A stretch of 64,000 nucleotides of DNA from an uncultured bacterium (GCA_903910645.1 CAIWAD010000172.1:11495-75494); one strand, 5' to 3'. Shown: positions 44,533-54,375, counted from the stretch's first letter. Notes: generated from the letters alone by a model not told the origin. Program-made: numbers and translations.

Positions 44533-45726
44533 CTACTCGCCGCCTTTCTCCATCAGCGCCTTGCCCCGGCTCATGTTGTCCCGGATGCCGGTGCGGATCA
44601 AGGACACGCCCAGGTTGAACATCAGGCCCTTGTTCTCGGGCTGGAGATTCAAGCATTTCTCGAAGTACTGGGCCGCCTTCATGGCATCCTGCTCGGCCTC
44701 CGGCAGATCCTGGAAGTAGAGCACGGCCATGCTGTACCAGCTGTCGAAAAGCAGGTCGTTGCGGTCGGGCGCCAGGCCTTCCACTTTGGCAAAGGTGGCC
44801 AGGGCGCGCTTGGCGTCGCCCATGTCGCGATAAAGCAGGGCCTGGTTGTACACCAGCATGGCGTCATTGGGATTCTTGGCAATGGCCTTGTCCAGATAGA
44901 CCACGGCCTCGCCCATCAGGGCCTTGCCCTCGGGGCTGATCTCGTCCTTGTCGTTCTTCATGGCCAGGCCCAGCTGGATACGGCTCTTGGCCGCGAAGGT
45001 TAGCAGCTCGGCGTGCTCCGGGTGGCGCAACAGTGCGCGATCCACCGCGGCGCGGGTTGCCTGATAGTCCCGCACATTGTAGGTCAGCTGCGACAGGGTG
45101 ACCGCATAATCCACGCTGTCCGGATAGGCTGCCGCCAACTTGTCATAGACCTGGGCCGCCTTCTCCAGCAAGGGAAAGCCCGCCGCGTCCGCATAGAGGG
45201 CGTTGAATTCCGTGATGTACAAATCGCCCATGCGCTTGCTGAAATCCACCCGGTCGGGCAGGATCTCCAGAGCCGTCACGATGCGCGCGCGGGCCTGGTC
45301 GTAGTGGTCGCGCACCGCGGCGCTGTCGCCTTCCGCCAGTTTGGCGTCGGCCTGCCGCGTCTGCTCCAGCGAGCCGTTCCACAAACCCATCCACAGCTTG
45401 TCGATGATCTCGGAGGCTTCGCTCTTGTACTTCTTGCGATCCGACTCCTTGTCCGCGCACTGGTCCAGCTTGGCGAAGGCCGCGCTCATCTCTTTCCAGC
45501 GCTTCTGCTCGGCATAAAGCTCCACCAGCCTGGCGTAGACCTGGGCCTCCTTGGATTCCTTCTGGTCGGCTTTCTCGTACCACTCCAGGGCTTGCTTCAT
45601 ATCGCCCTGATTGAAATATGTGTTGGCGCTGCGCAGCTCCATGGACTTTCCAGCCAGAGCCGGTCCACACTGCATGACGAGCATTGCCGCGGCGGCGACA
45701 AGACCCAGGCGAATCTTCTGGTTCAT
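44533..45726 (-). CDS. TPR repeat-containing secreted protein
   Basis: Internal ATG of ORF 44533..45906 with RBS AGGAG and signal peptide MNQKIRLGLVAAAAMLVMQCGPALA. Repeated TPR-like A..Y...L helices occur throughout. Confidence 0.8.
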   Translation of the reverse strand: MNQKIRLGLVAAAAMLVMQCGPALAGKSMELRSANTYFNQGDMKQALEWYEKADQKESKEAQVYARLVELYAEQKRWKEMSAAFAKLDQCADKESDRKKYKSEASEIIDKLWMGLWNGSLEQTRQADAKLAEGDSAAVRDHYDQARARIVTALEILPDRVDFSKRMGDLYITEFNALYADAAGFPLLEKAAQVYDKLAAAYPDSVDYAVTLSQLTYNVRDYQATRAAVDRALLRHPEHAELLTFAAKSRIQLGLAMKNDKDEISPEGKALMGEAVVYLDKAIAKNPNDAMLVYNQALLYRDMGDAKRALATFAKVEGLAPDRNDLLFDSWYSMAVLYFQDLPEAEQDAMKAAQYFEKCLNLQPENKGLMFNLGVSLIRTGIRDNMSRGKALMEKGGE

Positions 45727-45731
45727 CCTCT

Positions 45732-46793
45732 TCACTCCTGTGTCCCCTCCTTGAGCAGGGGCTTGCTGGTTCCGGCCAGGACTGCGGCGATGCTGATGGT
45801 GAAAGGTGGCCGCAGCAGGCCCTCTTCGGTCACAATATCTTGAATCCAGTCTGCGGGCACCACATCGAAGGCCGGGTTCCATGCCGGAACCGTCTCCAGT
45901 GCCCAAGTCCGGCCAGCGTGGCCGCGCAGTTCATCCGCCGACCGCTCCTCAATGGGAATGGCGCCCCCGTCAGGGCAGGACGCGTCCACCGTGGAAAGGG
46001 GCGCCACCACATGGAAGGGCACGCCGTGATGCCGCGCAGCCAGGGCCAACCCGTAGCTGCCCACCTTGTTGGCCGTGTCCCCATTGGCGGCAATGCGGTC
46101 CGCGCCAATGAACACGCCATCCACACCCAGGCGTGCCATGGCGAAGGGTGCCATGGAGTCCGTGATGAGGCGCACGCGGATTCCCGCCTCCATCAACTCC
46201 AGCGTGGTCAGGCGCGCGCCCTGCAGCAGGGGACGCGTCTCATCCACCAGCACTTCGAAGTCCAGGCCCTGGCGATGGGCCTCCAGCAACACGCCCAGCG
46301 CGGTGCCCACGCCACTGGTGGCCAGCGGCCCGGCATTGCAGTGGGTCAAGTAGCGGCCGCCATGTTTCACCAAAGCCGCACCCAGGGTGGACATGCGGCG
46401 GCAGGCGGCGCGATCCTCCTGGTGCAGGGCTATGGCGCGTTCCAGGGCCAGACAAGACCACTGCGCCCCGGCATGGCCCCGCAAGGCCTCCAGCGCCTGA
46501 CCAACTCCCCATGACAGATTCACCGCCGTGGGACGGGCCTGGGCCACCCTGTGGGCCAGGCCTTCTACTCGCTGCATGTAATCGGGATGCCCTGGATCTC
46601 CCGCCTGGCGGCAGGCCAGCGCCACTCCATAGGCGCCACCAAGGCCCAGGGCCGGCGCGCCCCGTAGGCGCAGCGCGGAAATGGCCTCGCACAGGCCGTC
46701 CACCGAATCCAGCGTAAGCCTGTGGATCCGGTGGGGCAGCACAGTCTGGTCCACGATGACCAGCGCGTCATCCGCCCATTGAAGGGGTTCCAT
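45732..46793 (-). CDS. mtnA: S-methyl-5-thioribose-1-phosphate isomerase (eIF-2B alpha/beta/delta family)
   Basis: IVDQTVLP, RLRGAPALG, RPTAVNL, LTHCNAGPLATSGVGTALGV, VDETRPLLQGARLT and GADRIAANGDTANKVG are present. Confidence 0.88.
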   Translation of the reverse strand: MEPLQWADDALVIVDQTVLPHRIHRLTLDSVDGLCEAISALRLRGAPALGLGGAYGVALACRQAGDPGHPDYMQRVEGLAHRVAQARPTAVNLSWGVGQALEALRGHAGAQWSCLALERAIALHQEDRAACRRMSTLGAALVKHGGRYLTHCNAGPLATSGVGTALGVLLEAHRQGLDFEVLVDETRPLLQGARLTTLELMEAGIRVRLITDSMAPFAMARLGVDGVFIGADRIAANGDTANKVGSYGLALAARHHGVPFHVVAPLSTVDASCPDGGAIPIEERSADELRGHAGRTWALETVPAWNPAFDVVPADWIQDIVTEEGLLRPPFTISIAAVLAGTSKPLLKEGTQE

Positions 46794-47710
46794 CAGGCCA
46801 GCCGGAACTCCGCCAGGGCGGCGAACTGCCCCAGCCTTTCGTCAAGCTCGTGGGCAGTGACACTGAGCAGGCGATCCAGGCTGAAGGCCTCCACGCTGAA
46901 ACTGGCCAGTGCCGATCCGCGGATCACCGCGCGGCGCAGGGCGGCATCGTCCACCACGGCCTCGGCGGCAAGGGAGCCCACGAAGCCGCCAGCGAAAGTG
47001 TCCCCGGCCCCGGTGGGATCCACCACTTGCTCGAGGGGAAGGGCGGGGGCGGCAAACAGGCGCTCGCCATTGAGCATCAGGGCCCCGTGTTCGCCCTTTT
47101 TCACCACCACGGTCCGCGGTCCCATGCGGCGCAGGGCGCGGGCGGCTCCCAGCACCGTGCGTTGGCCGGTAAGTTGGCGGGCCTCCTCATCGTTCACGAT
47201 GAGGATGTGCGTGCGGGCGATGACCTGCTTCAGATCCTCCAGGGCGGTATCGATCCACAGATTCATGGTGTCCGTGACAATGAGTTCCGGATCCGCCATT
47301 TGATCCAGCACATCCAATTGCAGCCTGGGCTGGATGTTGGCCAGGAAAAGGACGGGCCGACGGCGGGCCTCCGCGGGGATGCGCGGTTGGAAGCTCTCGA
47401 AAACCCCCAACTCGGTGAAGAGTGTGTCCCGGCCCATCATGTCAGCATGGTAGCGCCCACCCCAACGGAAGGTGCGGCCGCCCGGCACGATCTCCAGGCC
47501 TTCCAGCGAGACCCCAAGCGCCTTCAGTGGCTCAAGCCGATGCAAGGGGTAATCCTCGCCCACCACGCCCACCACCAGCACGGGGGCGTAGCGCACGGCG
47601 GCCGCTGAAAAAAAGAAGGCGCTGCCGCCCGGCACATCGGTCACTCGGCCATGGGCGGTTTCCACGCTGTCCAGCGCGGTGGATCCCACAACCAGAATCT
47701 CTCGGGGCAT
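46793..47710 (-). CDS. PfkB-family carbohydrate/nucleoside kinase
   Basis: The ribokinase-like fold is indicated by GGSAFFFS at the N-terminus and the anion-hole motif DPTGAGDTFAGGF. There is a 1-nt overlap with the mtnA start. Confidence 0.85.
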   Translation of the reverse strand: MPREILVVGSTALDSVETAHGRVTDVPGGSAFFFSAAAVRYAPVLVVGVVGEDYPLHRLEPLKALGVSLEGLEIVPGGRTFRWGGRYHADMMGRDTLFTELGVFESFQPRIPAEARRRPVLFLANIQPRLQLDVLDQMADPELIVTDTMNLWIDTALEDLKQVIARTHILIVNDEEARQLTGQRTVLGAARALRRMGPRTVVVKKGEHGALMLNGERLFAAPALPLEQVVDPTGAGDTFAGGFVGSLAAEAVVDDAALRRAVIRGSALASFSVEAFSLDRLLSVTAHELDERLGQFAALAEFRLA

Positions 47711-47752
47711 GGAAGTTCTCCTTGTTGGGGGGAGAAATGCCGCAGCCAGCCC

Positions 47753-48190
47753 TCAGCTGGCGGAACGGGCCTTGCGCTTTTGCTCCGCCACCAGCCGGCG
47801 GCGCTCCAGATCCTCGCGGGCTGCTTTCAGTGTGCCCAGGGTGCCTGTGCGTTCATCCACATCCAGGCGCAGGGCATCCGCCCACAAGCGCTCCAGATTG
47901 TAATGGCGCCGCTTCTGGGGCTGGAAGCAGTGGAAGATGACATCCACGAAATCCACCACCATCCACTCGTCCGAGTCCTTTTCGGAGACATGGGCGCGAT
48001 CGCCCAGGGCGCGTGCCTCATCCATCACGAAGTCCGTGATGCTGCGCACATGCATGCCCACCTGTCCAGTGGCGATGACGAAAAAATCCGTGGTGTCGGT
48101 TAGGCCGCGCAAATCCAGCACGACAATGTCTTCGGCCTTTTTGGCCCAGGCCATTTTGGCGATGCGGCGGGCCAGATGGATTCCCTTCAA
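47753..48190 (-). CDS. rsfS: ribosome silencing factor
   Basis: The sequence KKAEDIVVLDLRGLTDTTDFFVIATGQVGMHVRSI...EWMVVDFVDVIFHCFQPQKRRHYNLERLW is RsfS. A TTG start is inferred. Confidence 0.88.
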   Translation of the reverse strand: MKGIHLARRIAKMAWAKKAEDIVVLDLRGLTDTTDFFVIATGQVGMHVRSITDFVMDEARALGDRAHVSEKDSDEWMVVDFVDVIFHCFQPQKRRHYNLERLWADALRLDVDERTGTLGTLKAAREDLERRRLVAEQKRKARSAS

Positions 48191-48852
48191 GGGGTGGTCC
48201 TCACTTGCTTCATGATGGGCAGTTGATCCTGGTCCGCTCCCAGGATGAGCGTGATGTCCACATCCACGAGGTTCGGATCCTCCTCGTAGGTGATGCGCGC
48301 CGACGAGAGCCCAAGGTCCTGGGCCAGGCGCATGGAAAAGGCCGGCGCCTTCATGCGGCTTACAATGCGCGTCTTCTCCAGGCTTTCGCCGGCATTGCCG
48401 GTCTCGCGCACATCGTAGCGCAAGCGGCGCAGACCGTCGGCCGCCTTGGCCGCCATGAGGCGCACGCCGGAGGCGTTAAGCACCTGCACGCGGATTTTGG
48501 GGCGCTCTCCTTCGCCAGCGGCCTGGCCACCGGCGGCGGTGCTTTCCTCCACGGGAGCCGGTCGCGACACGGGGCGAAGGGTGTCTGCATCCAACACCGC
48601 GCTGCCCGTGTCGGTGGCGGGGCGCTCCGGCTGGGCGTCCTGCCTGGCGTCCTCCACCACAACCGGATCGTCGCTGGTGGCGAAGCCCGCCAATTGGCGC
48701 AGATCGTCAACAGGAAGACGATTCCAGATGAACATGAGCAGGGCAAGATTGGCCAAGCTTACCACCAGCCCTGTCCATGCAGCGAACGAGGTCCAGAAGG
48801 AGCCTCCGCCAGAAGAGCCGGATGAGGTGGGAGCCGTGCGTTTGATGGACAT
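48187..48852 (-). CDS. LytR_C domain-containing membrane protein
   Basis: Internal ATG of ORF 48187..48948. It has one TM helix, a low-complexity linker, then KIRVQVLNASGVRLMAAKAADGLRRLRYDVRETGNAG... Confidence 0.75.
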   Translation of the reverse strand: MSIKRTAPTSSGSSGGGSFWTSFAAWTGLVVSLANLALLMFIWNRLPVDDLRQLAGFATSDDPVVVEDARQDAQPERPATDTGSAVLDADTLRPVSRPAPVEESTAAGGQAAGEGERPKIRVQVLNASGVRLMAAKAADGLRRLRYDVRETGNAGESLEKTRIVSRMKAPAFSMRLAQDLGLSSARITYEEDPNLVDVDITLILGADQDQLPIMKQVRTTP

Positions 48853-48874
48853 GCCGTGAAGAATCCGGAGTTGA

Positions 48875-49357
48875 TTAGGGTTGGAAGTTCCAGCCATCCA
48901 GCGGGCTGTGCCAGGCACCGGGCCAGCTTGAGCGGGGCGCCATGCCACGGGAGGCCGCCAGGTGCATCTGGAAGTTCTCCGATGGGCGCCAGCTTATTTC
49001 CGCGCCGCCCACCAGATTCTCGCCGGTGCCGCCGGGCATCATGCTGTTGTGGAAGACACTGCGCACGCCAAGCTGCAGGCGCATGTCCACCGTATTGCTC
49101 AAACGGTAATCCAGATTGCTCAGGTAAAGGCCCGCTCCCACGCCGCCCTGGCTGCCGCCGGCATAACCCATGGACATGCTGTGGCTGACATGAAGCCTGG
49201 ATGGATCCAGCAGGGGTCCACTGAAATTCAGTCCACCGCCGGGCTGGATGACCATTCCCTGCAGGGCCTGGATGTCCACACGATCCTTGAATTGGGCCAA
49301 CGCCCCCAGCGCCAGACAAGGCACCAAGGCGCAGCACAGGAGCCGGGATCTGATCAT
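48875..49357 (-). CDS. small secreted/outer-membrane protein, hypothetical
   Basis: Internal ATG of ORF 48875..49375 with signal peptide MIRSRLLCCALVPCLALGALAQ. The body is Gly/Ser-rich with alternating strands, and the C-terminus is aromatic (...LDGWNFQP). Confidence 0.65.
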   Translation of the reverse strand: MIRSRLLCCALVPCLALGALAQFKDRVDIQALQGMVIQPGGGLNFSGPLLDPSRLHVSHSMSMGYAGGSQGGVGAGLYLSNLDYRLSNTVDMRLQLGVRSVFHNSMMPGGTGENLVGGAEISWRPSENFQMHLAASRGMAPRSSWPGAWHSPLDGWNFQP

Positions 49358-49407
49358 GATTGGCGGCCTTCCCATTGATGGAGAAAAAGATAGCGCTTCA
49401 ACGGCTG

Positions 49408-50163
49408 CTAATCGACCCGGGTTCCCTGGCGCCGACGCAGTTCCTCCTCCACATGGGCCAGTTGCTCAATGGTGTTCACGCCCTGAATCTCCTCCGCGTC
49501 CTGGGTGGGCAGGGCGGACACGGGCAAGCCGTCGTCCACCAGGAAGCGAATCACATCTGTGAGGTACAGTTCCCCCTGGGCATTGTCCGGGGTCAGGCGG
49601 TGGATGCAGCGAAAGAGCTGCTCCGTGTGGAAGAGATAGATGCCGGAGTTGATTTCGCGCACGGCGCGCTCCTCCTCCGTGGCATCCTTGTGCTCAACAA
49701 TGCGATCCACTTGCCCGTCGGCTCTGCGGATTAAACGGCCATAGCCGGTGGGATCATCGAAGATGGCGGTGAGCACGGTGGCCGCGTAGCCTCCGGCGTC
49801 ATGATGGTGGGCCAGTGCCTTCAGTGTATCGCCCGAAAGCAGGGGAACATCACCGGACAGGACCAGCACCTGTCCCTGTCGGCCCTCCATGGCTTCGCGG
49901 CACATTTGCACCGCGTGGCCCGTGCCTTTCTGCTCCGACTGGATGGCGAAGTGCACGCCGCGCCCGCCCACGGCTTCCATCACCGCCTCGCGCTGGTGAC
50001 CCACCACCACCACCTGATGGCTGGCACCGGCGGCATCGGCCTGGTCCAGCACCCAGTCGATGAGCGGCCGCCCCAGGCAGGGGTGGAGCACCTTGGCCAA
50101 ATCGGATTTCATGCGCGTGCCCTTGCCGGCGGCCAGCACGATGACAGACAAATCCTGGGACAT
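49408..50163 (-). CDS. sugar-1-phosphate nucleotidyltransferase (GlmU N-terminal-domain-like, no LbH acetyltransferase domain)
   Basis: Internal ATG of ORF 49408..50322. VIVLAAGKGTRMKSDLAKVLHPCLGRPL and QKGTGHAV are present. The protein ends after about 251 aa. Confidence 0.8.
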   Translation of the reverse strand: MSQDLSVIVLAAGKGTRMKSDLAKVLHPCLGRPLIDWVLDQADAAGASHQVVVVGHQREAVMEAVGGRGVHFAIQSEQKGTGHAVQMCREAMEGRQGQVLVLSGDVPLLSGDTLKALAHHHDAGGYAATVLTAIFDDPTGYGRLIRRADGQVDRIVEHKDATEEERAVREINSGIYLFHTEQLFRCIHRLTPDNAQGELYLTDVIRFLVDDGLPVSALPTQDAEEIQGVNTIEQLAHVEEELRRRQGTRVD

Positions 50164-50176
50164 TCCCGTTCTCCCT

Positions 50177-51130
50177 TTATCCTTGGAGTGTCGAAGATGT
50201 TGCAGGATCCGGCGATTGGGCCAATGGCCCCCGCACCACCCGCATGTTGTCAATGAGCCGCGTGCGGCCCACCCGCGCCGCCACCAGCAGCGCCATTTCC
50301 CGACCCGCCTCGTCCATGTCACCGGCAGAACCGGCCCACGCGGGGTCTCCCCCCACTCCCACCAGACTGTCCAGGCTTTCCCAATCGGTGATGTGCAGAT
50401 ACTCCAGCTGAAGCTTGGGATGGACCGCCAAGTGCTTGGACATGGCGCACAGGGCCTCCTTCAAGGGCAGACCCGCCGCCACCGCCGCCTTCCCTACTTC
50501 AAGCGCCTGGTGCAGGGTTAGGGCTTCCCGGCGTTCCTCAACATCCAGGTACACATTGCGGCTGCTCATGGCCAGGCCATCGGCTTCACGCAGGGTGGGG
50601 CCCTCCATCAGCTCCACTTCCAAGTTGAAGTCCTTTACCATGCGGCGGATGAGCCAGAGCTGCTGGGCATCCTTTGCACCGAAAGCGGCGCAGCGGCAGC
50701 GCGTCCACATGAAAAGGCGCAGGACAATGCTGAGCACGCCACGGAAGTGACCGGGACGCATGGCGCCGCAGTAACGATCCGCCGCCGGTCCCGGCACCAC
50801 CCAGGTGGCGAAGTCCGCGGGGTAGACCTCGGATGCCCGGGGAACCAGCACGCCGTCCACCCCGGCTGCGCGGCACAGGTCAAGATCCCGCTCCAAATCC
50901 CGGGGATAGCGGGCAAGGTCTTCCGAAGGCCCGAACTGGGCGGGGTTGACGAAAATGCTCAGCCACAGCTGATGGCAATGAGGACGTAAAAGGTGCACCA
51001 GTGAAAGGTGCCCTTGGTGGAGATAGCCCATGGTGGGCACCAGGCCGATGCGCTTTCCATTGCGCTCCAGCTCCCGGGCCCGGGCCTGCATGGCCGCAAG
51101 GCCAGTCACCAGCTCCATGTCAGACTTCAT
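50177..51130 (-). CDS. panC: pantoate--beta-alanine ligase
   Basis: GLVPTMGYLHQGHLSLV, IFVNPAQF and FGAKDAQQ are present. The start is either the ATG at 51130 (overlapping the panB stop) or the ATG at 51118. Confidence 0.88.
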   Translation of the reverse strand: MKSDMELVTGLAAMQARARELERNGKRIGLVPTMGYLHQGHLSLVHLLRPHCHQLWLSIFVNPAQFGPSEDLARYPRDLERDLDLCRAAGVDGVLVPRASEVYPADFATWVVPGPAADRYCGAMRPGHFRGVLSIVLRLFMWTRCRCAAFGAKDAQQLWLIRRMVKDFNLEVELMEGPTLREADGLAMSSRNVYLDVEERREALTLHQALEVGKAAVAAGLPLKEALCAMSKHLAVHPKLQLEYLHITDWESLDSLVGVGGDPAWAGSAGDMDEAGREMALLVAARVGRTRLIDNMRVVRGPLAQSPDPATSSTLQG

Positions 51131-51932
51131 CCTGGCTGGGAAAACTGCCCTCGCGCACGGCCTGGGCATAGGCGGCGACGGCAGCCCGCACGGGATCGGC
51201 CAAATGGGCGAAACGGCGCACAAAGGAGGCGTCCATCTCCTCGTACAAGCCCAGCAGATCCACATTCACCAGCACCTGCCCGTCGCAATGGATGCCACTG
51301 CCAATGCCGATGGTGGGAATGGACAGTTCGCCGGTGATGCGCCGCGCCAGACCCGGCTCCACCTTCTCCAGCACAAGGGAGAAGCAGCCCGCCTTTTCCA
51401 GGCGCAGGGCTTCGTCCAGCAACCGGGCGGCCTCCTCCTCTGAGCGGCCACGCTGTCCCCAGCTGCCCAGACGATGAATGCTCTGGGGGATAAGGCCCAG
51501 ATGGCCCATCACGGGAATGCCGCAGTCCACCAAGCGGCGAATGGTGTCCTCCACGGCAGGGCAGCCCTCGATTTTCACGGCCTGTGCCCCGCCCTCCGAC
51601 AGCATGCGGCCACAATGGGCCAGGGCGGCATCAAAGGAGCCCTGCACGCTCAGGAAGGGCATGTCCGTCACCACCAGGGCCCGCGAGGCTCCCCTTCGCA
51701 CACAGGCTGTGTGGTAGGCCATTTGGTCAACCGTCACCGCCAGCGTGTCCGCCCGTCCTCCATAGACCATGCCCACGCTGTCCCCCACCAGGAGGATGTC
51801 CACACCGGCCTGTTCCTGCAGACGGGCGAACAGGGCATCATAGGCTGTAATGGCCACAATGCGCTCGCCTTTGGCCTTCATGCGGCGCAGGCTGGCCACC
51901 GTCAGGGCGCGCGCCTTTCCTTCCACCGACAT
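51120..51932 (-). CDS. panB: 3-methyl-2-oxobutanoate hydroxymethyltransferase
   Basis: Internal ATG of ORF 51120..52022. The sequence KAKGERIVAITAYDALFARL...LLVGDSVGMVYGG...VTDMPFLS...KIEG is PanB. Confidence 0.92.
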   Translation of the reverse strand: MSVEGKARALTVASLRRMKAKGERIVAITAYDALFARLQEQAGVDILLVGDSVGMVYGGRADTLAVTVDQMAYHTACVRRGASRALVVTDMPFLSVQGSFDAALAHCGRMLSEGGAQAVKIEGCPAVEDTIRRLVDCGIPVMGHLGLIPQSIHRLGSWGQRGRSEEEAARLLDEALRLEKAGCFSLVLEKVEPGLARRITGELSIPTIGIGSGIHCDGQVLVNVDLLGLYEEMDASFVRRFAHLADPVRAAVAAYAQAVREGSFPSQDEV

Positions 51933-51934
51933 GC

Positions 51935-53044
51935 TCAACTCCCTTCCACGGCGTGCCCGGGCACCGCTCGACGGATCCAGCCGCCGCCCAGCACCTGGTC
52001 GCCCAAGTAAAACACCACGCATTGTCCCGGCGTAATGGCCCGGCGCGCCTCATAAAAGCGCACATGGGCCACGCCATCCTTCACTTTCACCACACAAGGT
52101 GCGCCAGCATCCCGGTAACGGATGGCGCCCAGACACTCCAGCTCCCCATCAGGGAACTCCACCAGCCATTTGAGGCCGTCGGCCTCCAGCGCCGTGTGGT
52201 ACAAATCCTGCTCCGGCCCCACGCGCACATCCCCGGTGGAGGCGTCAATGCCGCTGACATAGAGGGGCTTGGGTGCCGCCAGGCCCAGGCCGCGACGCTG
52301 TCCCACGGTGAAGTGGGCAATGCCCTTGTGAGTCCCCACCACGCGGCCCTGGTCGTCCACCAGGTTGCCACCCTGCAGCTCATGGGCGCGTCTGGGATTG
52401 TGGTGGGCCAGGAAGCGGCCATAGTCGCCATCGGGCACGAAGCAGATGTCCTGGCTCTCCGCCTTCTCCGCCACCGCAAGGTCCAGCTGGCGCGCCAATT
52501 GCCGCACCTGGCTTTTGCTCAGGTCACCCAACGGGAACAGGGTGTGGGCCAGCCGATCCCGGGCCAGGCCCCACAGGGCGTAGCTCTGATCCTTCTCCCG
52601 AAACGCGGCGCGGGCAAGAAAGTGCCCATTGTCCGCCTGAACCACCCGCGCATAGTGGCCGGTGGCCACGGCATCCGCCTGGATGCGCTCCGCCCGCAGC
52701 CACAGGTGCTCCCACTTCAGGTGTGTGTTGCACAGCACGCAGGGGTTGGGCGTGCGGCCAGCGAAGTACTCACTGGCGAAGACATCCATCACATCGCGGC
52801 GAAACTCGTCGCTCAGGTCCACCACCTGATGGGGAATTTCCAACCTGTCGCACACGCGGCGGGCATCGTTGTAGGCGCGCAGGTCGCAGCAACTGCGCTC
52901 GGGCGAGGCCAGCCCCGTGTCCACATGACCATGCAGGCGCATGGTCATGCCCACCACCTCATGGCCTGCCTGCACCAGCAAGGCCGCCGCCACAGCGGAA
53001 TCCACGCCGCCGGACATGGCCACCACCACACGCAGGCGCTTCAC
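51935..53044 (-). CDS. mnmA: tRNA 2-thiouridine(34) synthase
   Basis: The PP-loop VVVAMSGGVDSAVAA is present, and the CCD and C..C..HLKW features are consistent with MnmA. The GTG start overlaps the upstream desulfurase stop. Confidence 0.92.
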   Translation of the reverse strand: MKRLRVVVAMSGGVDSAVAAALLVQAGHEVVGMTMRLHGHVDTGLASPERSCCDLRAYNDARRVCDRLEIPHQVVDLSDEFRRDVMDVFASEYFAGRTPNPCVLCNTHLKWEHLWLRAERIQADAVATGHYARVVQADNGHFLARAAFREKDQSYALWGLARDRLAHTLFPLGDLSKSQVRQLARQLDLAVAEKAESQDICFVPDGDYGRFLAHHNPRRAHELQGGNLVDDQGRVVGTHKGIAHFTVGQRRGLGLAAPKPLYVSGIDASTGDVRVGPEQDLYHTALEADGLKWLVEFPDGELECLGAIRYRDAGAPCVVKVKDGVAHVRFYEARRAITPGQCVVFYLGDQVLGGGWIRRAVPGHAVEGS

Positions 53045-54195
53045 TGGGCGCCCCGCAGTCGTTCCACATGCTCGCGCAGACGCTGGGCCGCGTAGCTGAG
53101 ATCCTCTTCAACCTGATGGCGGCCCAACACCAGCCGGATGCATCCCTTGGCCTGCCGCCTGCTAAGTCCCATGGCCAACAGGACATGGCTGGGCTCCACG
53201 CTTCCCGTGTGGCAGGCGCTCCCACTGCTCACGGCAATGCCATCCAAATCCAGTGAGAGCAGCAAGGCCTCTCCTTCCACATCCTCGAAGCAAAGGGAGA
53301 AGTGGCCGGGCAGCTGATCCGCCACGGCGCCATCCCCCAGCATCACCATGCCGGGCACCTTGCCCAGTGCGCTCTTGAAATGCGAGGCCAAGCGGCGCAG
53401 GTGATCCGCATGCGGTCCAAGATTGCCTGTGGCACGCTCAAGGGCCAAGCCCAGGCCCACAATGCCCGGCACATTCTCCGTGCCGCCCCTTCGCCCCTCC
53501 TGCTGCAGTCCCCCTGTGATTTGAGGTGCCAAGCGGGTGCCACGACGCACAAAAAGGAAACCCGCGCCCTTGGGTCCGTGGAATTTGTGGGCGCTGCCGC
53601 TGAGCAGGTCCACGGGAATGCGGTCCACGCGCACATCCAGCCGACCCAGGGCCTGCACGGCATCGCTGTGCACCAGCACGCCGCGCGCGTGGCAGATGCG
53701 GCAGATGGCCTCCATGTCGTGGATGGAGCCCACCTCATTGTTGGCCCATATCACGCTCACCAGGCCGACAGGCTGCTGGTCCAGCGCGGCTTCCAGGGCG
53801 CCCGGATCCACGCGGGCGCGGCCATCCACAGGCAGGCGCACCACGCGCCGTCCCATCGCCTCAAGGTCCGCCGCCGTGTCCAGTACCGCGGCGTGCTCAG
53901 CTGCGCCCACCACCAGGGCGTGCTCACCGGGAAATGCCGCCAGCGCACCGCGCAGGGCCAGATTGTCCGACTCGGTTCCGCCGCTGGTGAAGAGAATTTC
54001 TTCCGACCGTGACGCGCCAATGGCCCCCGCCACCTGTTGGGCGGCCTCGTCCACCAGTGCGCGTGCCCGGCGACCAAAGCCGTGGCCGCTGGACGGATTC
54101 CCGAAGTGCGTGCTCCCCAGGCGCAGCATGGCCTCCAGGACTTCCTGGTCCAGCGGTGTGGTGGCGGCATGATCCAAATACACCTTGCGCAACAT
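53041..54195 (-). CDS. cysteine desulfurase (IscS/NifS class V aminotransferase)
   Basis: Internal ATG of ORF 53041..54345. YLDHAATTPLD, FTSGGTESDNLA, SGSAHKFHGPKG (PLP Lys) and SSGSACHTG (active Cys loop) are present. Confidence 0.9.
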   Translation of the reverse strand: MLRKVYLDHAATTPLDQEVLEAMLRLGSTHFGNPSSGHGFGRRARALVDEAAQQVAGAIGASRSEEILFTSGGTESDNLALRGALAAFPGEHALVVGAAEHAAVLDTAADLEAMGRRVVRLPVDGRARVDPGALEAALDQQPVGLVSVIWANNEVGSIHDMEAICRICHARGVLVHSDAVQALGRLDVRVDRIPVDLLSGSAHKFHGPKGAGFLFVRRGTRLAPQITGGLQQEGRRGGTENVPGIVGLGLALERATGNLGPHADHLRRLASHFKSALGKVPGMVMLGDGAVADQLPGHFSLCFEDVEGEALLLSLDLDGIAVSSGSACHTGSVEPSHVLLAMGLSRRQAKGCIRLVLGRHQVEEDLSYAAQRLREHVERLRGAQ

Positions 54196-54375
54196 GCGCG
54201 TGCTCTCCCGCTGCTCCCATGGCCTTGCGAAGTCCGATGATCCCGGGTGCCCAACATAGAAAGGCAAAGGGAGCGCCGCCTCCGGTCGCTTGGTGACCTT
54301 CTTCTGGAAAACCGTGGGGTTTGGCCCTGCGACACGACAACCCATGTCAAGCCAGTTCCCGGCAATGGGACAGGC

